DNA from: a virus
Virus record (IMG/VR): IMGVR_UViG_3300046049_000005
Location: 1-64,000 of that record
DNA: 64,000 bases
Direction: 5' to 3' (one strand)
In this document: piece after piece, positions 16,016-24,514 of the stretch
Layout of the letters: the number at the start of each line of letters is the position of its first letter
Position numbering within the stretch: the stretch's first letter is position 1
Program-made: the position numbers and the translations under genes
Notes under the pieces: model-generated
What the model saw: only the letters and a program-made list of their open reading frames with translations
Told to the model about the DNA's origin: nothing
Databases searched by the model: none

Positions 16016-16054
16016 CCCGCTCCGGTAGTACAACGGTTCGACTCCGTTGGCGGG
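16016..16054 (+). ncRNA. tRNA-like minihelix element (subfamily B, copy 1)
   Basis: CCCGC-tccggtagtac-AACGG-TTCGACT-CCGTT-g-GCGGG. The 20 nt ACAACGGTTCGACTCCGTTG are identical to 37551-37570, while the closing stem is different but complementary. Confidence 0.55.
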
Positions 16055-16121
16055 CATTGAGCGCGACAGTCCCGACGCGCAATGACACAGTAAAATTCGG
16101 GACACAACTTTCCGATTAACC

Positions 16122-17426
16122 ATGACACGACGTAGTTCGACTTCCCCGACAGCAGTACAGACTTTCGCCGGACTGACCAATCACAACAACACCGAGATGG
16201 GAGACGCGGCGGCTTCCATCGCCGGACTCGATGCCGACGACCCCCCCGAAACCTCGCTGGCAACCGCTATTCGGAACCTCGAACAGGCCGAACAGGGCGG
16301 GCTGGCGTGGAAGCTTCCCGACAACATCGGTGACAGACTGAACATCGGAGAAATTAATGATGTTCTCCCCGATGGGGCTGAAGCCACCCGCGCTGGAATT
16401 GGGTCCGTCTACGTCGAGACTGACCGCTTCCAGTCCGTGTATTCCCCCGATAAGCTCCGCAGGTGGCTCAACGCCGATGATGACACCGATAAGGTGGAAG
16501 ATGCCTTGTGGAATGTCCCAACTTCCACCTATTCTATCATTAACCCTCTGACGGCATACGAGCCGTTAGAGGAGGCCATTCGTGACGAGGGCTACGGTGA
16601 CACCATCTTCGGTGAGATTCGAGAATACAAGGGCGGCGGAGAGGTCCACATGGACGTTCTCTTCGACGCTTTCCAGATAGACTACAACGATGACAGCAAC
16701 GGTAGCGAACCCATCGTTCTCGGTATCAGGACTGGATACGACTTTCTTTCGAGTCAGGCATTGTATTACGAAGGGTTTGCCCAGGACCGAGCGTGCAGTA
16801 ACAGCATCCGCTCGATTACCGAGAAGAAAACGATACGTCACGTCGGAGATGTTGACCTCGAAGATGAGGTCGAAGACGTGCTGGAGGAGATGGAGCTGAT
16901 GACGAATCGGCTGGCCGAGCTTATCGAGTTGGCCGAAGACATCGAAGTCGATATGCTCGACACCGAGTTCTCCGAGCCGTTCGACCACAACGACAACATT
17001 CAGGCCTTCTATGAGCTGTCGGGCTTCCCGAGCTATATGGCTTCGGCGGCGGCGAGCCATGCACGACAGCGGGCCGACAACCAGTTCATGCCTGATATGA
17101 CCGCCCTTTGGGATGGGGCAACCTACGCTCTCACCCACACTTATTCGGGTGGCGAGAACACCACGACTGCCGAGGGCTACATCGAAGCCGCGAACGATAT
17201 GGTCATGAACCCTTCGAGGGTCCTCGGAGAGGTGAACCGCGAACACCAGCGCCGCGTTATCGGTGCGAACCCCGATGATGAAGACGCTCTTAGCAGTTCC
17301 TCTGCCCACGCTGAGATTGAGGAGTTAGAATCTACGGTAAAGGAGAAGGCTGACGAGTTCGAGTCACGCAACGAGGAACTTCGGCAGAGCCTCCTTGCCA
17401 GCGCCGAAGGTGACGGCGATGATTGA
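16122..17426 (+). CDS. hypothetical protein, possibly DUF932-like
   Basis: 434-aa acidic ORF. The segment GIRTGYDFLSSQALYYEGFAQDRACSNSI resembles, from memory, the conserved core of the phage/plasmid DUF932 family. Weak assignment. Confidence 0.6.
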   Translation: MTRRSSTSPTAVQTFAGLTNHNNTEMGDAAASIAGLDADDPPETSLATAIRNLEQAEQGGLAWKLPDNIGDRLNIGEINDVLPDGAEATRAGIGSVYVETDRFQSVYSPDKLRRWLNADDDTDKVEDALWNVPTSTYSIINPLTAYEPLEEAIRDEGYGDTIFGEIREYKGGGEVHMDVLFDAFQIDYNDDSNGSEPIVLGIRTGYDFLSSQALYYEGFAQDRACSNSIRSITEKKTIRHVGDVDLEDEVEDVLEEMELMTNRLAELIELAEDIEVDMLDTEFSEPFDHNDNIQAFYELSGFPSYMASAAASHARQRADNQFMPDMTALWDGATYALTHTYSGGENTTTAEGYIEAANDMVMNPSRVLGEVNREHQRRVIGANPDDEDALSSSSAHAEIEELESTVKEKADEFESRNEELRQSLLASAEGDGDD

Positions 17427-17640
17427 AGAGCTTAGCGATGGTAAGCGGTTGGCGATAGCGGCTCGTCTGATTAACCAATCCAGAAACCAGTTGCAGCAAT
17501 GTTCTGGTGACATTCCAGAAGAATTAGCAGACGTTCTCGCCACGGCTGAGAATGTCACCCGAGAGTACAGTGCTATCAAGGGGATACGTAATTACTACGG
17601 AGACGACCTCGAAGGTGTCACTGAATTAGACGAAGAATGA
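17419..17640 (+). CDS. hypothetical protein
   Basis: ATG at 17419 (MIEELSDGKR) overlaps the previous stop (ATGATTGA). Confidence 0.55.
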   Translation: MIEELSDGKRLAIAARLINQSRNQLQQCSGDIPEELADVLATAENVTREYSAIKGIRNYYGDDLEGVTELDEE

Positions 17641-17897
17641 TGGATAGAGTCAAAATTACAGAACCGACAGAAAGTACAGCTATTATACGATGGAGAGACG
17701 AAGGTGGATGCTTTCGGAAGTACGAAGTACACCAAGACCCCGTTACGGGCGACTGGTCAGTGTTTTCAGAATCCGATTTGCGGATTCAAGGCCAATGGCT
17801 TCTATCCAAGTCGGGGGCGATAAACTTTGTTCTGGAGCGCATTGGCGTCTCTCCAAATGGAGAATATGAAAGGGCTCCAGACAGAACATCAGCCTAA
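17637..17897 (+). CDS. hypothetical protein
   Basis: 86-aa ORF with an ATGA overlap. Confidence 0.6.
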   Translation: MMDRVKITEPTESTAIIRWRDEGGCFRKYEVHQDPVTGDWSVFSESDLRIQGQWLLSKSGAINFVLERIGVSPNGEYERAPDRTSA

Positions 17898-18205
17898 TGT
17901 ACGAAACCGAGTTTCAGACCGACGTATCGACAGAAATCATAAACCAAAAGGCAGGCTCCATGACCGTTGGCGTGACCGAGAACGAGAACGCGGTGGTCGT
18001 GAAGGTCAAGGGCATGGATGCGGCCTACACCGCTGACGAAGCGCGAGAACTGGCAAACGCCATTCAATGCACCTCAGACCAGCGTTGGGATGAAAGTGCC
18101 GACGCCGCGGTCGAATATCTCTATGACCTTGCTGACCTCGTTGATGGAGACGGTTCAGCAGAAGAGATAGAGCAGCGGTGGGAGCGAAAAGAATTAAATC
18201 CATGA
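17897..18205 (+). CDS. hypothetical acidic protein
   Basis: 102-aa ORF. Confidence 0.6.
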   Translation: MYETEFQTDVSTEIINQKAGSMTVGVTENENAVVVKVKGMDAAYTADEARELANAIQCTSDQRWDESADAAVEYLYDLADLVDGDGSAEEIEQRWERKELNP

Positions 18206-18624
18206 TAGACCTTACCGATAAGGCGGAGCCAGACCCAGAAGCCGCACAGATTTACGAAGACCAGCGCACCGATGTAACTCTTCAGGTCCTCTACGTTGAC
18301 GAACAGATAGTGCTGTTGCGCTCCGAAGAGACGAAGAACAAAAGCGAGGACCATTCGCATCGGATGCTTCCCCGAACGGCGTTCGACTCACAGGTATCGT
18401 CAGAGCGCCTGAAACTCAAGCCCGATTCCAGTGTAGACCTGCTGGAACTCGGAAGCTCGGACTGGGAAGAGGTGGACCACATCGGTGAGAAAACGTCAAA
18501 GAATCTCAAAGACGAAGGATACGAAACCGTAGTCGATGTGCGACAGGCAAACGATGCGGAACTCCTGACGGTTGACGGCCTCGGTGTGGCTGGCCTCGAT
18601 AACCTCCGGAGTTTTGCGGAATAG
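18202..18624 (+). CDS. helix-hairpin-helix motif protein
   Basis: ATG at 18202 overlaps the previous stop. C-terminal GEKTSKNLKDEGYETVVDVRQANDAELLTVDGLGVAGLDNL looks like tandem HhH DNA-binding motifs. Confidence 0.55.
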   Translation: MIDLTDKAEPDPEAAQIYEDQRTDVTLQVLYVDEQIVLLRSEETKNKSEDHSHRMLPRTAFDSQVSSERLKLKPDSSVDLLELGSSDWEEVDHIGEKTSKNLKDEGYETVVDVRQANDAELLTVDGLGVAGLDNLRSFAE

Positions 18625-18650
18625 AGACTTCAATCACGTAAAGATAAATC

Positions 18651-18821
18651 ATGAAGACACCACAAATCACGGGTTGTACAACGCTCGAACTCGAATCGGA
18701 GGGGTTGACTAACGGCACCCTTTCTCGGTTCTGTGAGTTCGGCTACGACGTGAAGTACGACGAAGAGAACGATGTGTATCGAGTCGGCAATTACAGCGAA
18801 GAAGAAGACGAGTGGGTGTAG
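18651..18821 (+). CDS. small acidic protein (56 aa)
   Basis: MKTPQITGCTTLELESEGLTNGTLSRFCEFGYDVKYDEENDVYRVGNYSEEEDEWV. Below the ORF-track cut-off. Confidence 0.45.
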   Translation: MKTPQITGCTTLELESEGLTNGTLSRFCEFGYDVKYDEENDVYRVGNYSEEEDEWV

Positions 18822-18823
18822 TG

Positions 18824-19051
18824 ATGTCCAACTTACCAACTCGAACGGTGGTCATAGAGCGACTCCAGAACGGCGACCGCGACCCAATCGGTGATGCTGA
18901 TGGTGTCCGAGATGACGAAAACATGGACATCAAAGCAATCCACAATGCGAGAAGCGGAGCAGTTGTTATTCAATGGAACTACGACAAGGCATTAGAGTGT
19001 ACGGCAGGCGGTGGGGTCTACTCTTTTCGCCTTCTCGGGGAGGAAGAATGA
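18824..19051 (+). CDS. hypothetical protein
   Basis: ATG at 18824 (MSNLPTRTVV). Confidence 0.55.
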   Translation: MSNLPTRTVVIERLQNGDRDPIGDADGVRDDENMDIKAIHNARSGAVVIQWNYDKALECTAGGGVYSFRLLGEEE

Positions 19052-19485
19052 CACCATATCCACCGGGAACCTCGGCTGGAGACCCAAGAGCGCCGTGGAA
19101 TGAACCCCATCACCATGAGTGTACGTTTACCCCGAGAGTGTCCGACCCGGTTATCGAAGATGGCGCCGCGATATTCATCCAAGAGTGCAATTACGCCGAA
19201 GGTGAGTACGGCCAGGGATGGTCATGTGACGAAACGCGAACTTATCGGTTCGAGTACAGCACTCTCGAATCACCAGACGGCAAAACAGTAGAACTCCCCA
19301 CTATCGCAGAGTGGCCGAGCGATATGCCAGATGGGAGAGACGGCAAAGTTGTCGAGATAGAAGAGGCGTTCCACTCCTACGGTCCCGGTGACAAGGTATC
19401 CTTTGACGTGGACCCCGACCCCGACTGTGGACAAGTTACTATCTCCTACGAAGGCTGGAAATTACGCTTTGAACCACAACAATGA
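19048..19485 (+). CDS. hypothetical protein
   Basis: ATG at 19048 (MTPYPPGTSAGD) overlaps the previous stop. Confidence 0.6.
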   Translation: MTPYPPGTSAGDPRAPWNEPHHHECTFTPRVSDPVIEDGAAIFIQECNYAEGEYGQGWSCDETRTYRFEYSTLESPDGKTVELPTIAEWPSDMPDGRDGKVVEIEEAFHSYGPGDKVSFDVDPDPDCGQVTISYEGWKLRFEPQQ

Positions 19486-19832
19486 CTCGAAACCATTTCG
19501 GATGGGATACTGCCAATGGCAGACCCATACTGAGGGTCGATGATGGGCGTGCCGTCCACGGAGTTGAGATGGTGGCCTACGGTGCTGACGACCCTGAAGC
19601 AGACACAATGTTTTGCATCAAAGTGTCTAACAGAGGGGGAGAAAAAGAGAGGATAGTCACGATGCGTCCAGAGCCGATGCAGATGGGATTCCTTCGAGAT
19701 ATATTGAGGGCCGGCTCTTTTACGCTGGAGGTTGATAGCGTACAAGAAGGAATCAACGTCGATGAAAAGCGTGCTGAACGACTCAAACAGGTGAAGTACG
19801 AATTAGAAACATCACAAAGTCCAATGCTATGA
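19482..19832 (+). CDS. hypothetical protein
   Basis: 116-aa ORF with an ATGA overlap. Confidence 0.6.
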   Translation: MTRNHFGWDTANGRPILRVDDGRAVHGVEMVAYGADDPEADTMFCIKVSNRGGEKERIVTMRPEPMQMGFLRDILRAGSFTLEVDSVQEGINVDEKRAERLKQVKYELETSQSPML

Positions 19833-19999
19833 CAGAAAAAATACCTGAAGCAAGCGATATAGAGATGATACAGCTATTCGCGGCGCAAGAAGTGCTGAGA
19901 GACAACCCTCAGCTTCAAGAAGAGTATTTCCAGAAAATAAAAGAAAAATGTGAGAGGTACGGCGTCGAAGTTCCGAATCAGGTGGAGCGAGAGTTATGA
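19829..19999 (+). CDS. small hypothetical protein (56 aa)
   Basis: MTEKIPEASDIEMIQLFAAQEVLRDNPQLQEEYFQKIKEKCERYGVEVPNQVEREL. Overlaps both neighbours by 4 nt. Confidence 0.45.
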   Translation: MTEKIPEASDIEMIQLFAAQEVLRDNPQLQEEYFQKIKEKCERYGVEVPNQVEREL

Positions 20000-20238
20000 G
20001 TGACGACCCCTCCGACGACAGCCAACAGTCCCGTGACTTCGAGAAAGGGGACCGCGTTCGACACCCAGAGTTCGGACACGGGACCGTTACTGAAGCTCGA
20101 CCGGGTAAGCTGGTTGTTAGTTTCGACACTGGTGGAGAAGGGTCAGAAATGGCCTCTACACGTCGGCTTGAGAAGGTCGAGCAAGGAGAAGAGGGCTACG
20201 TTCCTTGGTACGACAAATCAGATAAAGAAGAACTCTGA
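19996..20238 (+). CDS. small SH3/Tudor-like domain protein
   Basis: KGDRVRHPEFGHGTVTEARPGKLVVSFD resembles the small beta-barrel motif seen at UvrD/PcrA C-termini (DUF3553-like). This is from memory only. Confidence 0.5.
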   Translation: MSDDPSDDSQQSRDFEKGDRVRHPEFGHGTVTEARPGKLVVSFDTGGEGSEMASTRRLEKVEQGEEGYVPWYDKSDKEEL

Positions 20239-20245
20239 CGGTAGC

Positions 20246-20256
20246 TTTTTGTTGTT
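20246..20256 (+). terminator. oligo-T terminator candidate
   Basis: GCTTTTTGTTGTT lies 8 nt after the stop at 20238, at the end of a long co-oriented gene array. Confidence 0.45.
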
Positions 20257-20393
20257 GGCGTCCTTCGGCCAGTAAGAACCGCAGGACAGCGACACCCACC
20301 CAAGGTCATCTGTTCAACTCCAATTTCGGTCCGGAGTTCCCCTTATAAGCGCACCGACGCCCTATGGGAAATCAAAATGAACAGCAAGGGGAG

Positions 20394-20440
20394 TGGGCCA
20401 ACTCGGATTTGAACCGAGGACCTCCCGCGAGAGGCCTTCA
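20394..20440 (-). other. tRNA 3'-half-like fragment, candidate attP core
   Basis: The minus strand reads ...CCTCTCGCGGGAGG-T-CCTCGG-TTCAAAT-CCGAG-TTGGCCC-A: variable-arm-like hairpin, T-arm, 3' acceptor strand and discriminator. No matching 5' acceptor, D arm or anticodon arm. It lies immediately upstream of the integrase. Confidence 0.5.
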
Positions 20441-20514
20441 GGCGTCCGAAATCAGCCGGAACGCTCACATCGAAGGGATTGGGACTGAGGTGGCGCATCC
20501 TCGGTTCGCGCACC

Positions 20515-21537
20515 ATGCAACCCAACAACAATCTCGAACCCATCGGACCCGAAGAAGCATTAGAAAAATACCTCCAGCATCGGGAGAACGAAGGCGTCTC
20601 AGAGAAAACACTACAATCCCACCGCTACCGACTTCAGCATTTCGTGAAGTGGTGCCTCGATAACGGGCTGGACTCTCTCCACCACTTATCGAGACGAGAT
20701 TTTCAGGACTTCCGGCATTGGCGAAAACAAGATGGGGGGTTGAACAACGTGACATGGCATACGCAGATGACAACGCTTCGAGTCTTCGTGAAGTGGGCCG
20801 AAAGCTACGAAGCAATCGAACACGGCCTTCACGAAAAGATACGGATTCCGAAGCTCGACCCCAACGAAGACGCTCGGGACACCAAGTTCAGTCAAGAACG
20901 AGCAAGCGCCATTCTCGAACATCTCTCAGAGTTCGAATACGCGAGTCAGCAACACACGCTGTTCGCTCTACTATGGCATACAGGGATGCGAATAGGGTCG
21001 GCGCGAGCAATCGACCTTAGAGACATCCATATGGACGAGCAGTACGTCGAGATTCATCACCGACCCCAATCGGACACACCGTTGAAGAACAAGTCTAACG
21101 GCGAACGTCCCATCTCTCTCGCCCTTCCCGAGGTGGAGCTTCTGAGGGACTACATCGATAAGCGCCGGCCTTCGGTGACAGACGAATACGGTCGGAAACC
21201 GCTGTTCGCAACAGAGAACGGACGGGCGCACCGGAATACGATGCGAAGCTGGGTCTACAAGCTGGCCCGCCCCTGTGAATACAGCGGAGACTGTCCCCAC
21301 GGAAGGAACATAGAAGAGTGCGAAGCGGCGAGGCTCAGCGACAAAGCAAGCAAATGCCCCTCGTCGTTCTCGCCGCACACCATCAGGCGTTCCTCGATTA
21401 CGCAATGGCTTTCCGAAGACGTGCCGAGCGAAGCCGTGAGTGACAGGATGAACGCCAACGAAGAGGCTATCGACAAGCACTACGACAAACGCACCGAGAA
21501 GGGCAAGATGGAGCAACGCAAAGACTACTTCTTGTAA
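20515..21537 (+). CDS. int: tyrosine recombinase/integrase
   Basis: N-terminal core-binding-like region (TLQSHRYRLQHFVKW). Catalytic-domain signatures TGMRIGSARAI (Arg), SPHTIRRSS (H-x-x-R) and IDKHYDKR (Tyr). ATG at 20515. Confidence 0.85.
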   Translation: MQPNNNLEPIGPEEALEKYLQHRENEGVSEKTLQSHRYRLQHFVKWCLDNGLDSLHHLSRRDFQDFRHWRKQDGGLNNVTWHTQMTTLRVFVKWAESYEAIEHGLHEKIRIPKLDPNEDARDTKFSQERASAILEHLSEFEYASQQHTLFALLWHTGMRIGSARAIDLRDIHMDEQYVEIHHRPQSDTPLKNKSNGERPISLALPEVELLRDYIDKRRPSVTDEYGRKPLFATENGRAHRNTMRSWVYKLARPCEYSGDCPHGRNIEECEAARLSDKASKCPSSFSPHTIRRSSITQWLSEDVPSEAVSDRMNANEEAIDKHYDKRTEKGKMEQRKDYFL

Positions 21538-21553
21538 TAGCTTCGGAGGAAAA

Positions 21554-22039
21554 TCACCCCTCCGAAGTTAACATCGCTCGCAACCAGGAAGAAAGAGCAT
21601 CGAAGGCGATTTGCTGACAACGTTCTCTGCTTCCAGCGTAGCGGAAGTTCACGTTGTAGTACCTCTCCCACTTCTCGACAGTGGAGGAAATGACATTCCA
21701 TGATACGTCTCGGTACTGCATGAACCCCTCCCGACGTTTGAACGTCCGTCGAGGCGCCTCTATGAGAACTAATAGTTCGGAGTCCCAGGATTGGGCGCGT
21801 TTGACTTCGCGCTTGAATCGCTCTCGACTCCGAGTAATGCTGTCGATGAAGTCGTCACCACCTTTCCTCTCTACGGCATATCGAGGGTGATAGGTGTCGT
21901 TCTCTCCATCGTGGTCGCAGAACTCGACAAGGGTATAGTCGCCCGTATTGATGGTTACATCCCGAATCTCAACGTCGAAGTCATCGAACGCCCAGGGCCG
22001 CTGTTCCCGAGTATCGCGAAGGATGTTGAGTCGAACCAT
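21554..22039 (-). CDS. ERCC4 (XPF/Mus81/Hef)-type nuclease domain protein
   Basis: ILRDTREQRPW ... TGDYTL ... YAVERKGGDDFIDSI...R matches the ERCC4 signature D-x-R-E ... GDY ... ERK-x(3)-D. Confidence 0.7.
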   Translation of the reverse strand: MVRLNILRDTREQRPWAFDDFDVEIRDVTINTGDYTLVEFCDHDGENDTYHPRYAVERKGGDDFIDSITRSRERFKREVKRAQSWDSELLVLIEAPRRTFKRREGFMQYRDVSWNVISSTVEKWERYYNVNFRYAGSRERCQQIAFDALSSWLRAMLTSEG

Positions 22040-22599
22040 CAGCCGAAGAACTCCCCGACGAGGTGGGGCTTCACAACGGTCATCAAATCTTCCAAGTCTA
22101 TTCTCTTCGTGTCATCAGTATCAAGAATTGCCCGAACTTTCTCGATGGCAGAAATTTGGTCAGCTCGGTCGAGTTCAAGAGACTCACCGACGCTAACAAA
22201 CATTTCGTCACCGGCAGCTTCCGGGTGAGGATAATATCGACTCCCTTCAGAAACATCATCATTAGCCACTAATACACAGATGGCAAAAATAATAGAGTCA
22301 ACGTTAATCCCAACATCTTTTACCTTGATTTCATCTAAGAGGCTTCTCCCCCGAGACTTCTGGTAATCGGTTAACTCGACCGAAGAAGCAATTGAATCGT
22401 AGCGATGAAGATTATCCTGACGCCTGACCTTTTCTTTATTCTCTTCTTCTGGCCCATACCACATCCCAGTATTGTAAGCACGAAACCTCTGAAACTGCTG
22501 ATACTTATGGCTCGGAGCGTCAGAAGGATGAATCTTAGTTGCGTTATCGGTATCGCTGGTAATTACTTCAGGCGGTTCTTTTTCTTGAATGTGTTCCAT
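22039..22599 (-). CDS. hypothetical protein
   Basis: 186-aa ORF co-oriented and overlapping with the nuclease gene. Lower GC. Confidence 0.6.
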   Translation of the reverse strand: MEHIQEKEPPEVITSDTDNATKIHPSDAPSHKYQQFQRFRAYNTGMWYGPEEENKEKVRRQDNLHRYDSIASSVELTDYQKSRGRSLLDEIKVKDVGINVDSIIFAICVLVANDDVSEGSRYYPHPEAAGDEMFVSVGESLELDRADQISAIEKVRAILDTDDTKRIDLEDLMTVVKPHLVGEFFG

Positions 22600-22671
22600 T
22601 GATACATTAGAGTTACAGACAAGTCTCCTCTCTACTGTTATACTATATACTACTAACTCTGCGGAGTTAAC

Positions 22672-22842
22672 CTCGATAAGGTGGCGGGACTTTCACTGTG
22701 TTAACGTTCAGTAATCAACTGATACCTCAGGTACTAACAGCATGGTACCGACTATGTAGAGTGGACCTTAGCGGTTAACACCGTGAGGGATAAGTATATC
22801 ACTGAGGGTTAACGCGGTGAGGGTCCACACCACCTTATCGAG
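22672..22842. repeat. inverted pair of the shared intergenic module (copies 2 and 3)
   Basis: 22672-22726 (direct) and 22787-22842 (inverted) are both homologous to 2734-2788. Each arm ends in CTCGATAAGGTGG or its reverse complement. They sit in the divergent region between 22599(-) and 23130(+). Confidence 0.85.
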
Positions 22843-22961
22843 GTAGACCCTGTAGAGTACGTACCGTTCTTAGTATAAACTATAGTAGAGAAAGGTACTT
22901 GCCTTCATTTAACATATGAACCGCCAAAGACTTAAAACTTTCGGTTTTAAGTCTATAGACT

Positions 22962-23071
22962 CGTCCATTAGGCGGCAACCTCCGCGGTTCCTTCGTAGCG
23001 ACCCACGACCTGTCGCCACAGCCGGCACGCCGATGCCCGTAGACATCGGCTCCCGTTAACGGAGCGTACTT
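22962..23071 (-). ncRNA. structured small RNA, paralog 1
   Basis: The reverse complement aligns over ~109 nt with 44299-44410. Shared parts: AAGTACGC start, GCGTGCC, loop AGGTCGTGG, AATGGACG end. Stems 23029-23050 and 22996-23018 covary with the other copy. A CTTAAG box lies ~25 nt upstream on the minus strand. Confidence 0.55.
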
Positions 23072-23129
23072 ATTGGAGTAAAGAGCGTGAAGCACTTAAG
23101 ACTTTCGGAGTTAAGACTTTAGAATAGCA

Positions 23130-23681
23130 ATGCAACCAAAAAACCTACAAACTCAAGGCGAAAAGGCACCTGATGTGGACGACACAGACATCGCCCACCT
23201 CGCAGGTGTCATTGACGCGATAGGAACGGTTACGGTTCGCGTCACAAAGAACGAGCGGTACAGTATCGGGTATCAATACTCAGCAGTAGTGCAAATCAGC
23301 AGACCAGCGAACGCTGACGACCCCCTTCTCGGGAAGTTGTTGGCGTATTGTGATGAATACGGAGCAAAGTACAAGCTTACAGAGGAATCTGACGACGACG
23401 GTAAGGGGGAAAGCTACCGATGGGCCTGTAACAGTCCAGATAGCATCGAGCGTTTCCTCGAACCAATGCTTCCGTATCTTGTCACTGAGTACGAAAGTTC
23501 GGTGATTATGATAGAGCAAATTCTTCCGAGAATAGAGGACGGCCTTCACACCGAAAAGCAGGGGTTGTACGAACTAATGGAGTTTGCAGATATGGTTCGG
23601 GAGACGAACCCCCGACGAAGGAGTCCAGAACTGAAATACGACCAGGACTACTTTGCCGAAGCGTGGTCAGTTGCCGAGTAG
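23130..23681 (+). CDS. LAGLIDADG-like protein with a degenerate motif
   Basis: DIAHLAGVIDAIGTVTV resembles a LAGLIDADG motif, but the second acidic residue is Ile. 183 aa. Confidence 0.55.
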   Translation: MQPKNLQTQGEKAPDVDDTDIAHLAGVIDAIGTVTVRVTKNERYSIGYQYSAVVQISRPANADDPLLGKLLAYCDEYGAKYKLTEESDDDGKGESYRWACNSPDSIERFLEPMLPYLVTEYESSVIMIEQILPRIEDGLHTEKQGLYELMEFADMVRETNPRRRSPELKYDQDYFAEAWSVAE

Positions 23682-24251
23682 CATCTGCTCGAATTTGTCG
23701 GCCATTTCGTCAAGTCCCTGCTCACGCAGGTCCTCGATTTGTTCTCGAACCTCGTCGTGGTCGGGCGGTTCCTCGCGCTCTTGACGCCGCTCTGTGGACG
23801 GCATCGACGTTCCTTCTTCCACGAACTCTACGACATTTTTGTCGTCGTCAACTTGGACAATCGGAAGGTCTTCGGGGTCATGTCGTTCCTTCGGATTTTC
23901 GGGATGATTCTTTCGCCCTGCCGTCTGGCCGAGGTGAATCATGGCATTGTGCTTTCCACGAAACGGTTGCCGACAGTAGGGGCAAAGGCGGAATACCTCT
24001 TCTACGTCTCTTTCTTCGGGATACTCCATTTCAACCTCTTTCTCCCCCGCTGGTTCCGCCTTATCGAGGTCAACGTCGCTCGGAATCTCCCCCTGCGGTC
24101 CGTGGTCCCCACTCGTGCTTTGCCTCACGTGGAGATGTAGCCCCCTCGAAAGCACTTCTTGGTCGCAACCCTCGACGGGACAAATAACCGTCTTCTCTCG
24201 GTTTCTGTGTTTGTTAGTGTCGTTGCTTGTCATGTGGCATCTCTCACTCAA
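23667..24251 (-). CDS. C2H2-type zinc-finger protein
   Basis: CPVEGCDQEVLSRGLHLHVRQ and CPYCRQPFRGKHNAMIHLGQ. The rest is acidic. Converges on and overlaps 23130..23681 by 15 nt. The start could be the second Met. Confidence 0.65.
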   Translation of the reverse strand: MSERCHMTSNDTNKHRNREKTVICPVEGCDQEVLSRGLHLHVRQSTSGDHGPQGEIPSDVDLDKAEPAGEKEVEMEYPEERDVEEVFRLCPYCRQPFRGKHNAMIHLGQTAGRKNHPENPKERHDPEDLPIVQVDDDKNVVEFVEEGTSMPSTERRQEREEPPDHDEVREQIEDLREQGLDEMADKFEQMLLGN

Positions 24252-24514
24252 AGAAATGAGCCGAACATACTTAATTCCCTGCTATTCTCCGTCCCAGTCC
24301 AAGGGGGGTAGGGGCCATCTAAACAATTAAAACCGACAGCTTTAAGTCCTTGGCTCCCCATTAGTTAGGTGGGGGGAGACGGGCTACCGCCGCCCCCTTG
24401 GGGGTCCGGGTCTTATGGAAGTAAACTCCATAGTGTTAGGTCCGGGGGGTTCCCCGGAAGGTTGTGTCCCGTTGTCACTTCGGGATTCATCGGGAGGTTT
24501 GGTCGCCTCCCTTT

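Noticed and set aside
20394-20480. A complete minus-strand tRNA gene next to the integrase
   Set aside because: Only the variable-arm, T-arm and 3' acceptor parts fold. There is no 5' acceptor strand complementary to TTGGCCC within ~95 nt, and no acceptable D or anticodon arm. It is treated as a tRNA 3' fragment (attP-like).
22880-23095. ORFs 22880..23095(-) and 44159..44425(+) as a paralogous protein pair (shared SKYAPLT)
   Set aside because: Both are basic, and amino-acid similarity is confined to a short stretch. The nucleotide alignment shows compensatory changes that preserve helices with a conserved loop. This favours RNA genes.
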